From contig NC_092670.1 in the NCBI RefSeq assembly GCF_964355755.1, forward strand, positions 17,222,795 through 17,286,794: a stretch of DNA of 64,000 nucleotides, in the 5' to 3' direction. Shown here in pieces: positions 1-14,500 of the stretch. The stretch's first letter is position 1; each line of letters opens with the position of its first letter. Under the pieces are notes generated by a model. That model made no database searches. It was not told where the DNA came from and worked only from the letters and a program-made list of their open reading frames with translations. The translations under genes and the position numbers were made by a program. This DNA comes from Antedon mediterranea. Taxonomy: Eukaryota > Animalia > Echinodermata.

Positions 1-809
1 TTTTTGATAAAACTGGTTACTATAGCACAATTAATATGCGCAGAACCCATTAGTCGACTCTGCGCATGTTTATTATGCTATAGTAACCATTTATGTCAAA
101 ACTGGTTACTATAGCACAATTGACATGCGCAGAACCCATTATTCGTCTCTGCGCATGTTTCTTATGCAATAGTAACCATTTATGTCAAAGAATAAAAGGG
201 TCGAAAATCGGCCATTTTTCCAAAATTTTCCTGTACTATAGTACAGGGATTTTTTCTAAAATATGGCCAATTTTCGACCTTTTTATTTTTCGATAAAACT
301 GGTTACTATAGCACAATTAATATGCGCAGAACCCATTAGTCGACTCTGCGCATGTTTATTATGCTATAGTAACCATTTATGTCAAAACTGGTTACTATAG
401 CACAATTGACATGCGCAGAACCCATTATTCGTCTCTGCGCATGTTTCTTATGCAATAGTAACCATTTATGTCAAAGAATAAAAGGGTCGAAAATCGGCCA
501 TTTTTTCAAAATTTTCCTGTACTATAGTACAGGGATTTTTTCTAAAATATGGCCAATTTTCGACCTTTTTATTTTTCGATAAAACTGGTTACTATAGCAC
601 AATTAATATGCGCAGAACCCATTAGTCGACTCTGCGCATGTTTATTATGCTATAGTAACCATTTATGTCAAAACTGGTTACTATAGCACAATTGACATGC
701 GCAGAACCCATTATTCGTCTCTGCGCATGTTTCTTATGCAATAGTAACCATTTATGTCAAAGAATAAAAGGGTCGAAAATCGGCCATTTTTCCAAAATTT
801 TCCTGTACT
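1..809. repeat. 286-bp tandem repeat (satellite), ~2.8 near-identical copies, cut by the window start; degenerate related sequence continues to ~1200
   Basis: GATAAAACTGGTTACTATAGCAC recurs at 6, 292 and 578 (period 286). Each unit is three imperfect palindromes. The duplicated 67-aa ORFs at 93 and 379 are by-products of the repeat. Confidence 0.95.
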
Positions 810-2515
810 GACCAAATTTCGATCTTTTTATTTGTTGACATAACTAGTTACTATGACTCTATAGGATGATGATAACGCAATATATGTGCACATATTGGCA
901 ATATTAATTATTGCATAATAATTGATTTTTAAAAGTCGATATTTTGGTCATTTTCAAAAATGGACAGGGAAATATTTTGACCCTTTTATTTTTTGACATA
1001 ACTGGTTACTAAATCATTATGTGACATGCGCAGAAACAAATAATATGCTCTGCGCATGTTACCTCAATACATACTAAAATTCCATGTAATTGCCATATTT
1101 CGACACATATATTTTTTACATAACTGGTCATATTGTGACATGCGCAGAACACATTGCATATATTGTAGTATTATTATTAAGCATTATTGTCGAAAAATAA
1201 AAAAGAAAAATGTTGTCCAAACTTCTGAAAAATAATAATATCACTCACTAATAACTATTACATTTTACAGCCTGAATTTTATTTAAATATTCAAATTTAC
1301 TTAAATAGGTGGGTATCTCTAGATTGCTCGCTTCATAGGTTTACATAATAATAATAATAATTAATTGTATATTAAAAAAATAAAGTTATATGGCTATATA
1401 TACTCTTTTTTTATATAGTAGGCCTTCTTAATGCCGTATTTAATTATGCCACATTTAATCATGTGTAATGCCTCTTGATTCCTGGTGACTTAATTTGTGT
1501 TATATTAATTACCCGCACACACTCATGAATCGGTTAACTCTGGAGAAGAAGCTCCTTCGTCATCTTAACACAATGTATAAGAATGATGTTAGTAGGCCCA
1601 ATCACATTCATTGACGTTAATATTATTTTATTATTCGATTAAAAAAAAAATAAGCATAATTATTTAATTTTGTTTTTCCCTCATATGCGTATATTATACG
1701 GCTATTTACGATACGGTTCCTCATTGCTCAAACGAAACATATTATAGTAATGTTGATAAAAGGAGGGCGGGGAGTTATTTGCTGACACTTAGATACACCT
1801 GTAAATACATATCACCAATACTTAACCTATGATACATTAAAGAAGATATAACAGTTAAAATGCAAATTTTAACTTTCTAATTTACAAGATAATCCAGCTG
1901 AATTACTGTAGCTACCCATCGATATATAATAATTATATAATACATTTACAGACAGAGAAATTAACCACCCAGTGATATACTGGGCATTCATTCAGAAACT
2001 GTAAAGATGAGAGAATCTGTGAGAATGAGAAAAAATCCACCCCATTCGAGATGTGAGCCCGGAATATTTTGTTTCATATGCGGACATCCTACCATTAGAC
2101 CAATATAATTATTATATAGAATTTAACCGAAAGAAATTGTATTTTTAGTCCTACGGTAGTATATGTAAGAGATCTATAATCTAGTGTTACAGACCTAGAC
2201 AAACAATTACAATTTTTAAATACAGTATTCAGTCAGTGTTCTCTAAGTCTAAAGTGGTTTTATAACGTGATCACATTCAATTCGATGTGACTTTTAACAA
2301 TTTTTGTGAAGGATATGTGTGAAGGTAAACAAAGCTTATATCATGCCTATTGTAATTGGCATTTCAAACATAATCAATCGTAATCTTAATATAACATATG
2401 CCTACAATCCTGATTTACAATCCTGATTTACAATCATTGTGAGTGTTCTTTCAAAGGTGCAAACATGTATAAAGAAATATCTCTTAAGATTTTAGATAGC
2501 TAAGGCTACTCCTAG

Positions 2516-5500
2516 CTATGCCACAAAATTAATATTTTTATTGAGTTTTTTCTTCAATTTTGGCTTTTCTTCTGGTCCACCACCCATTTTCGAAATAATA
2601 TCATCAAACTTTTGAGCATCGAAATAAACTTTAGCAATTGTATCCAGCAACTGATCAACCTTACTGGGGAATTCCGAAATCTTTTCTTCAATTTCGGTTG
2701 CAGGTGTTTTATCAACATCTTTATTATTCTTTTCATGAAGCAAGTCCCGAGCTTTGTTCATCCCAAGAAGTCCTTTGAAATGACGCATAATGAAATCAAC
2801 CATTTCATAATCATTTGCCTGTTGGTCGTTGTCATGTTTCACCTCAGTAAACGATTCATTTAAAATAGTAAGGAACATGTTAATAAGTAGGAACGGCATG
2901 AAAGCCATGTACAAGAAGAAGAATATTGGACCAAGCAACCCACTTGCCGTACTGATGCTTTCAAAGTCAAAAGCACCAAGCAGGGTTCCGATAAGACTTT
3001 CCATTGTATAGACTACATCTGAAAAGTCAAACAGAATAGTGACAAATAACTGATAAAAGATTGAGACAAAGGCGAAAAAGACAACAAAGAACATGATTCC
3101 AAAGTAAAATAGATCCTTGGCACAAGCTCTTAGTGTAGTTGACAGAAGTGCCATCCTTCGATTAAATCGCAGTAACTTCAGAAACTTTGTTGTTCCCAGA
3201 AAAACAACAGTACCCAGCATGTACATAAACACTTCATTCCAGTTGGCAACATATTGCAATTTTATGTATTCTTTACTTCCATTCTCCTTAAACTTTTCGA
3301 CAAGTTCCTTACTGACAACGTGCCGATAGAAGTAAAGAACCACTCCAGCTATCGATATTGAAATAATGAGAAATTCTATCCAGTTCCAGAATTTAGAAAA
3401 GTATTTTTTGCCCTCTCTTCGAAAGTTGTTAATTTCTTTGACAATAAAAAATATCATAAACCCTATAAATATACCTTCACTAATAATGACAAACATGGCA
3501 AAGCCATGATACGTTCTAAGGAGATGGATTACATCTATCCGTTCAGTTGGATACAGAGATCCAGTTGGCAGAAACTCAACTAACATGTTGATGACTCCGA
3601 AGAGATTCACTTCTGCGTTGTATACGGAAAACTCTACAAATATCGCGCGGGTGTGTTTGTCAATCCAGTGCTGGCTGTGAAGCTTGTCTATTCGACTCTG
3701 TACGTAATCAATATCACCACTTAAATCTATGATATACCCGCCGCCACTGTACAAACCATGACGTCCAAGAAATGGGTAACTATCTAAGACATCCCAGTCT
3801 GTGTATTGGAACTCAATGGCCTGGTGCTTTAAGGTTTCATTATATTTTGTCCATTCTGCTCCGTAGTTGGACACATCAGAATCACCGACTGAGTATGCAA
3901 CATTACAGGTATTTACTATGTCTTCAAAGTACTCATGTGGATCGCATAAATCTGAAATAATCAAACATAGTTACAGTTATGGGACAGTAAGTTGAACAAT
4001 CATAACAACTTTTAATTATTAGTCTGTAAAGACTAGGTGGCAATGATGCGTTGTTAGTTGTCTTTGTATTTTTCTAGACTTTAATACTTTTGCAAATTTA
4101 AAATTTTAATCTATACTGTATAGTATTTTTTTAAACAAAATATAAACTTTGTTGAAAACTATTAAACTGGTACTGAAACAAGTTCCAATAGGTAAGCAAG
4201 AAAAAGCAAGAACAACACACCTGGAATAACGCGTTGTTGACGAACAACTGCATAACCAAGTATAAGTGAATGGCGGTCACTGAAATACCAATTCTCCTTG
4301 GGTGCTTGGCCGTTATACCAGTCAGGCACTTGAAGGGAAGGCACAAGAACGTCTCTTAACCAACTCCAATACATTTCTCTAGTTGTAATCTAAAACAATT
4401 ACAAGTAAATATATGGTTTGTGTTATGTGGATATATGTTATATGTTTTTTTTGCTTTAAAGAATCCTAAGTAGATAGTTTTAGAAATGTTGCATTGATGG
4501 TAGCATTGATGGTAGCTTAGTTTAATATTTTTGTATTTTGCGTGTGTTTCCTCCTGTAAACAATTTAATCTTGAGTTTACTGTACGTGAAAAGAATTAAC
4601 AAAAAATACATATATAGTATTTAGTGAAATACAACAAGTAATATGAAGAGTAACATACCTTGTTAAAGTTATTTATAGGGCCTTGGATATTCGATGAGAG
4701 AACACTTTTAACATCATAAGCCATAGAATTTGTATTACCATAACTGACAACCATCAAAATGATCACAAAGAAAGAGTAAAAGCAAATTTCACGAAATATA
4801 GAAAACATTTTTATTTCTTTTAGTCGTTGTTCACGAGCTCTTTCAAGGTCTTCGGGTTTTTGTGGTTGATAAGTTATCTTTCTACTTCTTCCTTCTATAA
4901 AGACAAGAGAAACATCTGTTGTAATAATAATGATTTATGAATAACAGGGAGCTTTTGATTTGGGACGACCAAACTACGCCATGTGGAGATATTGAGACAT
5001 GTGTCCATAGCTCCCCACTCCGACACAGTTTTGATGGTTTTTAGATCCAGGTGACGGCCGGCGACACATCGATTGACTGACCCAGGTTGGTTGTTGCAAA
5101 AGCTCCATCATGTGTTAATAATAACAAATAATAGTTCATAACAAGTTAAACTTATTTTCCACTAGGTGAATATATTTGCGCGAAACAACCAATCCTGAGT
5201 TTTGATTTGCTGCACAATTTTCACGTCACAAAAAGTAGTTGAAATTTTGAATACGCATGCGCACTAGTCAACGTTTTCCTTAAATTGTTAATTTCAGGAG
5301 TAGAGTTACCACATTAAACTACCACCTTACATTAATCTAGCACTAGTATAAATACAATTTTTAACAACCCACCAACTGGTAAATGTAGCCACTCTTCGTC
5401 AGTTTTCAAATAAAATTCTTCTTCGTCATCATCCATATCTTCCTCTTGTTCAGCTCCTGGTGTTTTCATAATACAGGCGATGAACACAGCAATGAGGACA

Positions 5501-8500
5501 ACCTTTAACAGACAATTAATTGTTTATTTGTAATTCATTGCTTTCAAACCTATTAATGTACACCATTATCATAGTAAATTGTACGCATTTCTCACCTTTA
5601 TTGGCTGAGTAAAGAGAATTGCTGTAAAAAAACTAATGAACAGTGAAGCAAGCCACATAGATGTTTCGTCATTTCCAAGTTGAATACCATAGAAGATAAC
5701 AAACACAGTTGCAGTTGCTGTACTTAATATCGTCAGGATCCAAGCAATAATGATACACCACCAAGGGAAACCAAAGCGCACTTTCTTCTTTTTCTTTTTT
5801 ACCGGTACCGATGCAGTAGTTGTAACTACAATTGGTTCTAATTGTTCATCGTTCTTTGATTTGTGAGGCTTGGTTTTAACTTCCTGGAGATCTTCTCCAT
5901 CTAAATTGGAGAACTTTACAGCTGATGGAGTTACCTAGAATAAAGACAAATAACAATAATAATTTTTTTCATGAATGCTAATCATCAACCATCAATCAAT
6001 ACCATATAAATTAAAGATAAATAAAACTAAACATAATATTGATGTTTTTCAAGAATGCTGAAGAGAGCATAAAGAAACGTTCTAATATTTTGTCACAAAC
6101 ATACTGTAGGCCTATACACAGTACCTAATGTTGAAATCCTCCTCATTTAAATACTATAATTGACAATGAACGTTAAAGAAGACTTAAAAGACCATACCAG
6201 AGTATTTCTGTCCAATTTATTTTTCTTCTGAAACGCCTTTGATTGCTTCTCATATGCTGCCATAATACGAGATTTACGTTTCTTCCGCGGACGAGACTTA
6301 CGAAAGAAATTCACAACAAGTAAACTTATAGGGAATACAAGAAGGCTTGATTCCAATCCGATCATAACCTGTAAAATACAAAGAAAAATGCCAATACAAA
6401 AACATTTTTATTTTTTATTCGATACTATAAAGATCAATTGGTGAAGTAATATCAAAGGATAAAAAATGTGAATATTCATTACCGATGCTGGAGTGATGGT
6501 TAATGGTCCAATTTTGACAGGGTTTTCGGAACCAGCAGGTGGAATAACCTTATAGAACATGATACTGACGAGCATTTCAAGCCACAACGCCATCAGACAA
6601 CATCCCGCCCTCTGTAGACGAGTAAACCTGTTGCCAACAGGACGAGAAAGAATTGAAAACCACAGATGACCATCATTCAAATTCTTTCGTGTGTGGTTTG
6701 AGAACACGTGACTGAACTCTTGCATTTCGTCTTTACCGGCAACAGCGATCAGACGATCGATCTAAATTATGAAAATAAAATTAAATTATTCGAGGCGTTA
6801 AATCAGAATCTAGACCGCTATTAGAGTGTTGTGATGGCCCTAGTTATAATCCGTTATGCATGATTAATTAAGCGAATGACGTAATACATAAACTACACAA
6901 ATACAGAGAAAAATTTGTACTCGGGGTACGTTGAATCAGATGTACCAGATGTGTACGAATTAATTTAGCTCATTGTCCTTGTCGTCAGGAGTTATTGGCC
7001 GATATTATACACTCATTAAACAAAATACGTGAAACAAACTAAGAATCTGATAATACCTGGCCATCGTCTTCAACGACCGAGAACCACCGGTTTACGATAA
7101 AGTAATATCGTTTGCGCACTTGAAGATCTTTGATAACAATGTACTTAAGATACCAGCCTTGCATCTTGCCCTTTCCAGCATTATCATGCCAGATTCGAAT
7201 GTAATTTAGGGCACCCAATGGTCTGTAAATTAAAATTAAAACAATATTCGAGTAAGTTACAACTGATACGCTATAGTATATCTAAACAGTTGAAATCTAC
7301 AGCGAATGGAACATTTATATCAAAGCATATTTTGATGTAAGCCTACTTTTTCTTTAGGCTACGTTTTATTAGCTGGCTTTATACATTTAGCACACATTTT
7401 AACTCACATTTAAAATGCATAAATAATATACAAACATGTAAAGTCTCGAGTTAACATATCATTTAATTTTTTTCTTAATTTTAATATATCATACGTACTG
7501 GCGAACTGCAAGTAAAAAGCGGTCAACGCCACCACGTCGAAATACTTTACGCTGATCGTCTTCAAAACAACGTACATCAGTTTCATCGTCTTCTCCAGAT
7601 AAAATGAAGTGTACCTGAGAATTGAAAAAAAAGCATAATTATACAAATATAGATTATGAATTTGAATAAAGATGGCGTAAATTACAGCACAAAAGAAAAA
7701 GAAATAATCAAACAAGGCCTGTTTTCTCAGTCGATTCTCGTACGGTATCATGTTTACCGACAAAAACCGGACTGCAGTATCTTGTCTGCTGACGGCAACA
7801 GTCGCATAATATAGCACATACATAACCCCTACATATTAACTTAACCATACGAACGCATACTGCGATTCGGACCAAGGTATATTGATTGGAAAGCTGAAGC
7901 AACCCAACAAATCTTGCTCGACAATGGAAAAAATAAATCAACGAAATTTGAAACACAGTTAGCAGTCTTAAAAGTCTAAATCTCACTTACATTCGAGTCA
8001 GTTCCAGCAGCTTTCCGTTGACCGGTCAGCACAGTGATTTCATAGAAATAGCGATCGGTAGGTGCGTTATCAGGCAATGGGGTTACACCAAGCTTAAACC
8101 AACAATAACATTAAACATTAAATAAAGAAATTATGCATTTAAAATACATTAGAAATAATTTTTCAATTTAATAAACATATCAATTAGCTTCTTAAATCTC
8201 CTGTAGAGGAAACGAACATTTTAAGCTCTTAATGACGTCATGTTTTTTAGTTTTACGAATAATTCTGGAAAATCTGGAATGGACCGTTATTATTTGTTTG
8301 CACTTGTAATGGAATGTGGAATTCTTTTCCCAAGTAAGCTTATATAATGTCTCCGTAAAGTCCATGCTATGCTTTACCTTAAGAACGTCTTTTTTATCTT
8401 TCCTTCTTGCCCAAATAAAGATTATAACAAAGATAACATATATAGCAATAGTGGTGCAATAGATTGTAATGTTGTCCAAAAACCCGGCATTTGCAAAAAT

Positions 8501-11500
8501 GTAATCGAAATCCAGAGGAGCTGGAGGAACGAACCAAGAACTTGCAAATGAGGTCAAATGGTTACAAAAGCATTCTGTTGTTGATAAATTACTTTCCGTC
8601 CCAACCTGCAAATAAATTAACACGGTTTAACTTAGTAATAATAATTTAAATTCAAATGAGACAGATTGTTTTGGGTTTAAGTTGTATAATATATTAATTT
8701 GCCTCTTAACCAAATTAAATCTCATAACCCAGGAGGCTATGAGTTATTGTTTAGCCAATACAGATTTTTTCACTCTAAATCTAGATGGTAGTGATATGAC
8801 ATCATCATGTCCATTTATGGTCACATAAAGTTTGATAGTGTAGACAGAGCTTAATATCACGTTTACTACATTGTATGGGCGGCGTTCCAATAATTGATGA
8901 GTCTAAAGTTGACAAAGTTTCTTTCCATTTCCAGTTCCATTTTCTACATGTGTATAACTCTATATAAACAATTTACAACCCTTTATATAAACTCGTTCGG
9001 ATATAAATAACTATACAATAATAAATATATTTTACCCAGCATCCTTCACTCGACCACATTCCTATGTCCTCATCCCAGAATTTACACCCTGTTGTAGAAA
9101 TCACCAAGGAGTAGTTATATGAAACATTGTTTAGTTGTACAATAACATTGTCTCCCACGTCAAATAATTCGATATCTTCATCAATGGTTGCGTCATATAT
9201 GATGTCAGACGTGTCAGCAATCGGTGTGACTTCAGATATACATAACTGATACTTCCCGGCATTGTAGCCAACGTATGAGTCTGATAAAAACACTGAATAT
9301 ATACTATCATCCTTGTTTACGTCATCAAATCCTGTAATATACCAAATCATTTGATGTTTAGATGTAATCATTGTAATGTTTAGATTGTGTTTATTTTTCA
9401 CATCAAGATGTTAACGCTTATAAGCATCAATATGTTAAACGCTTATAAGCATCAATATGTTAAACGTTTATAAACATCAAGATGTTAAACGCTTATAAAC
9501 ATCAAGATGTTAAACGCTTATAAACATCAAGATGTTAAACGCTTATAAACATCAAGATCTTAAACGCTTGTACACATCAAGTAATATACCAAATCATTTG
9601 ATGTTTAGATTGTTTTTATTTTTCACATCAAGATGTTAACGCTATAAGCATCAATATGTTAAACGTTTATAAACATCAAGATGTTAAACGCTTATAAACG
9701 TCAAGATGTTAAACGCTTATAAACATCAATATGTTAAACTCTTATATATCTAAACCGTAAAACATCACTAACACTTACCAGTTTCGTTGAATCCAAAAAA
9801 CCAAATATGGTCATAGTGTGTGATGTTTGGTTTCGTCTCATACTGCAGCATAATAGCATAATATAGCGATTGCTCTTCTGGGCGGAAATCAAACATAAAT
9901 GCTGTTTTGTTTTCCTTAATTTCAATTCCATGACAAAAATAGGCAGTTTCATTATATTCTGATGGAACGTATAGTTCCAGTTCTGGTTCGGGTGTGCCGA
10001 TGCGAGGGCAAAATATTTGAATAGGTGCTGGTGAATTTTGTACTGAAATCTCGTCATTGCTTCCTGTGCGAAACGTAAATGACATTGTGGTTGCATAATC
10101 AGGAATTTGTTCTGATGATTCGTCAAAATTGTACGGATTTATAATTATACTCATACTTTGTCGAACTATCACAACTTCATCATCACAACCTGTCTTCGGT
10201 AATATACCACCGCACCAAGCTCCAACATCAAACGAACCAGCTCCTTCATTCGTTGTTTCATTACCAAGCAAGTGAGCATAGTCCTTCATCAATTGAACAG
10301 TAATTTTTGGAGTAACAATTGCGGTTGGAGGTTCTCCTGGTACTTTGTTATTACCAAGTGTTTCGGAAACAGTATCCAGATTTGCCATAAATGTGTTCAC
10401 TGCATTTCGGGCCTGAAAAACCATCATACCAAGAATTACAGTATTGAAAGCATGGATTAGTATTGTACCCGTCCATATATCATGTTAGGAAGCTATCGTT
10501 TTGCGACGACTAAGGACAATAAGTCGTCATCAGTCCTATGTTCATGTCATCGCAAATCGGAAACTCTCAAATGTCAGACAATTGTTAGGCATTAACCCGT
10601 TGAGTTGGAAAATATTCACAATAAAGAACATGTCAATAATAGATTTCGCCATACAGTACTTTCTGAAAAGTACGTAATTGAAAAGTATTTGATGGACACA
10701 AGATCAAGTGCAGAGCTGCATGTGCAGTTGCAGGCCGAAATCAGAATAGGGACTCATTTGGTTGTCTCAAAGTGAAAATCAAAGAAAAACGAAAATGCTA
10801 TGTCGCACCGAACAATAGATGATTCTAATATGTTTACTCTTTTTACTCTTGTTCTTATTCAGGACTAAAATGCTTTTTTCTGATGCAACAAAGTAGGCCT
10901 ATATTCTATGGACAATAGCTTTCAAATATCAAAAACGACAGGGCAATGAATGAGGGAAAGTACCTTGTCATTTCGGTCTTTCATGGCTTGTGGATCAGCT
11001 GTAGTTCCAGCAGTTGACGTTAATGATGAAGACGGAGCTAAGAAACAAACATAAACATATTTGTAACTGTTACACTTTTATTTTATGCAACGTATAAAAA
11101 TACAGTATAGCTGGACATATGCAAAGAGTATATATTTAGTGATTCTTTTATACGGTTTTTAGAGGTTTAAAAAAAAAGAAATTCCTAACATGTTAAATTG
11201 AAAAATTAATGTATGTATATAAGTATCTTACAATTAAGTGTAAAACACTGTGTCAACAACTAGTCTAAATTTACTAAATGTAATGTTTAACAGCACAAGA
11301 AAGAGAGAAAGAAAAAGTCCTGAATGCATGTTAAATAGCGTATTGCAATAAAAGGATTACAAAAAAAAAAGGAATTGAAAATTGTAATTATCCAACTTAC
11401 ATATATATCCGTTTGCTGTTGATAATGGGTTATCTATAGACTGAGTAGAACCCTGATAAGGAAATTAAAGAAAACAAACATTTGCCTTACAAGTATATTA

Positions 11501-14500
11501 TTATGTTTGATTTTAAACATACGTTATAAAACTTGTTTCATTGAGGCAAATTTGTCCAAATGGATCGAAAGCGTTCACTAATGCGCATGCGTATTACTTA
11601 TTATTCACGTACTGAATAATAAGTACCGACTCACCTCAATTAAATTTCCCAAAGCACTGATAACACTCAAACCTGCTTCTTCCAATTCATTTTGGTTAGT
11701 ATCAGAAGAAAATTCAATGAGTTGTGAAACCATATCTCCGACTATTTCTAGACCGGCTTTCTGAAATGAATACACGCAACAATATAAAACACAATGTAGA
11801 AACTATTATAAATAGAATACAGTTTGTAAATAATTAGTTAATCAATTGATTAATTAATTGAATGTTTTATTCGTCTGTCGAACTAATCCTTAAAGGTGTA
11901 TTGTCCCCAGAAACATGAACATTTATAAAATCTGACTTTGAATAGGCAACTTCTATAGAAAAAATGTTTTTAATTTAAAAAAAAATTAATTAACGATTAA
12001 ATTCAAACAAGAACCTATTGGCTGGCAGCCAATTTGACCATTTTTTTGCTTTAAATTACAGTTTTTTCAGGTAAAAAATATTTTTGTCAATCCAATTTAT
12101 GGTCAAAGTGAATAACTATTATGCGAAATTAGAAATGGCATGTTCAAAAACAAAAAATGTCAGAGGGCCAATATAACTTTAAATGTGCGACATACTATAG
12201 CGTCATCGGAAATTTCATCTGATGAATTTGTAACTACAACAAAAGCACTGGCAATCTGTGTGATATCTTGGACTGACTTCACAGTAGCGTAAGTTAGAGT
12301 ATCTACAAGTACTGCACATATCTGTATGAAATAAAACAGCTTTGTATTATTATTATTATTATTTACTTTGCTATGGGTTTTACCAACTTACATTTTAGTT
12401 GATAATTAGTTTTTTTATTCATTTTTTATTTTATTCTGTGCATAGGTATATACTTACATACTCAGATGCCTATTGATTTTCAGGGAAATTTATATATTGG
12501 TCATGTCACTGCACAAAAGCTTATCTTCCTTTAATAGATATATTAAATTGCACACTATGTATTCTTTTAAGGACATATTCTTTGACATGGACCAAAGACA
12601 AAAACAACTGAAGCTGTATTGATCAACAAAATAGATCTGACCAAAGCAAAATCAATTGTATAGATAATGTTTGTGTCTGATCAAACTACCGTAAAGCCTC
12701 GAAAAGAAGCTCATGGCTTCTTTTTTTAGTATCTTGAGTGGGCTTCTTTTTTTAGTATCTTGAGTGGGCTTTTTTTCAAGATGGGCTTAATTTAAAGATT
12801 TTTTTGCAAACTAAAGAGGGGCGAAATTCGAAATGAATGCTGTACATTTTGTGAATTGCTGTAGAATTTTTTAGACATTTACCTGCCAATTTTACATATT
12901 TGTGATAAATATACCATTTTTAACTGTAAAATAAATGTATGATATAAACTCGGTCATACATTATATCTGCATCACAAGTTATCTGGCATTAAACCACCTT
13001 TGTTCATTTGGTATTCAAATAGTCTATCTCGAAAAGAAGCCAATAACTATCTTGAAAAGAAGTCCAGTGATTTCGAGATGGGCTTCATTTCGAGATGGGC
13101 TTCTTTTCGAGATTACTTATGCAGACCAAAGAGGAGTGGGCTTCATTTCGAGATGGGCTTCTTTTGGTATCGTATGTCAATACTTAATACAATTCACAGT
13201 TTTCATATACCAGTATACCAAGATATATGTCTTGATGATCTTACTTGAGCTCTTTTGTTTCTTTCAGATTCCTCTAGGTCGCTCAGTTCCGACAACTTCG
13301 CCTCTGTCTGAAAAAGGACAGCATTGATACACACAATGTTATTGATTCTAATTGATATGATTTTGTTGTAACTTGTATTTGAGCCAACTATGTATGTACA
13401 AGTAGTTGTCAAAGACATCTTGAGAAAGGTCTCAAACGTAGACCTACGCATTAATCACGATGGAAGCATTATTGATCGAAGCTTTGAGAAACTGAACAGT
13501 TCTTTTCACAATTACATAAGCGGTTCCATTATCAATCTCAAATATTGATATAAAGTTTGCGGTACACCACATAAATTAGTTCTGAGTTCTCACTCCTGAG
13601 GACGATACGATCAAAGCATATTGATCGTAACGTCGAGAAACTCAACAGTTCATTTTAGAACTTATATACGTGATGTACCGTAAACTTGATAATCAACATA
13701 TGATTTCGCTATGCAAACCTTCAAACAATATAGCAATCTTAACTAATTAATTAACTTACTGCGGTAGATTCTGTCGTTGTCGAATTTAATAAGCTTTCAG
13801 TTTGCTCATCAAACGATTTATCTAATTAAAAAACAAACAAAAACACTGTTGTTCAATGTAAATAATCTTAAAATTATATTAATTTATTTATCTATCCAAA
13901 ACATTAAAAGGCATATATACATTTTCTAGCGAAAAGCAAGGCGCTCATTTGCATTCAAAATAAGAAATAAAAAAAAACAAAAAATAACATTATAAAAACA
14001 GTAACAAACTTACTTAAATGACAGTGACAATCACAGTGGTTCTTTATTTCTTTATCGACCCTTTTCAGGGTATAAAAAAACATTTCAATCTTAAGCGTGG
14101 TTCCCACTAACGACGCAACACAAGGACGTAACGAAACGCAAGTGAATTGACCAATCACAAGCGATGGCTTATTCGCTTGTGATTGCTAACTGTCTATAAC
14201 TTCGCTTGTCATTGGTTAAAACGCTTGCGTTGCGTTTACGTCCTTGCGTTACGTTCTAGTGGGAACCAAGCTTTATACAGAAACAAACTAAACACTTCCA
14301 GACATAAATATTTGGTCTTATACATAATTGATATATCGAGAAGCAACATCTAACTAAAACAAATACAAACTTTTATGAATAAATTTAGCTAAGTTTGATA
14401 GCTTTTTTTGGATCTGGTATTAAGTAATTGGTGCATTTTGGTTCTATTTGGGAGGGTGATAATAGGCACAGCATAGCGGAAGTTAATTTAGACAAACTTA

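Noticed and set aside
93-582. Two nearly identical 67-aa ORFs
   Set aside because: They simply track the 286-bp satellite period.
2020-2102. tRNA-like sequence on the minus strand (also ~17545-17615, ~18060-18130)
   Set aside because: Box A/B-like words are present but I cannot fold a full cloverleaf; better explained as decayed tRNA-derived SINE heads.
10490-10540. CTGATGA with a hairpin on the minus strand, a possible hammerhead
   Set aside because: No correctly placed GAAA box or stem III; the hairpin belongs to a small MITE.
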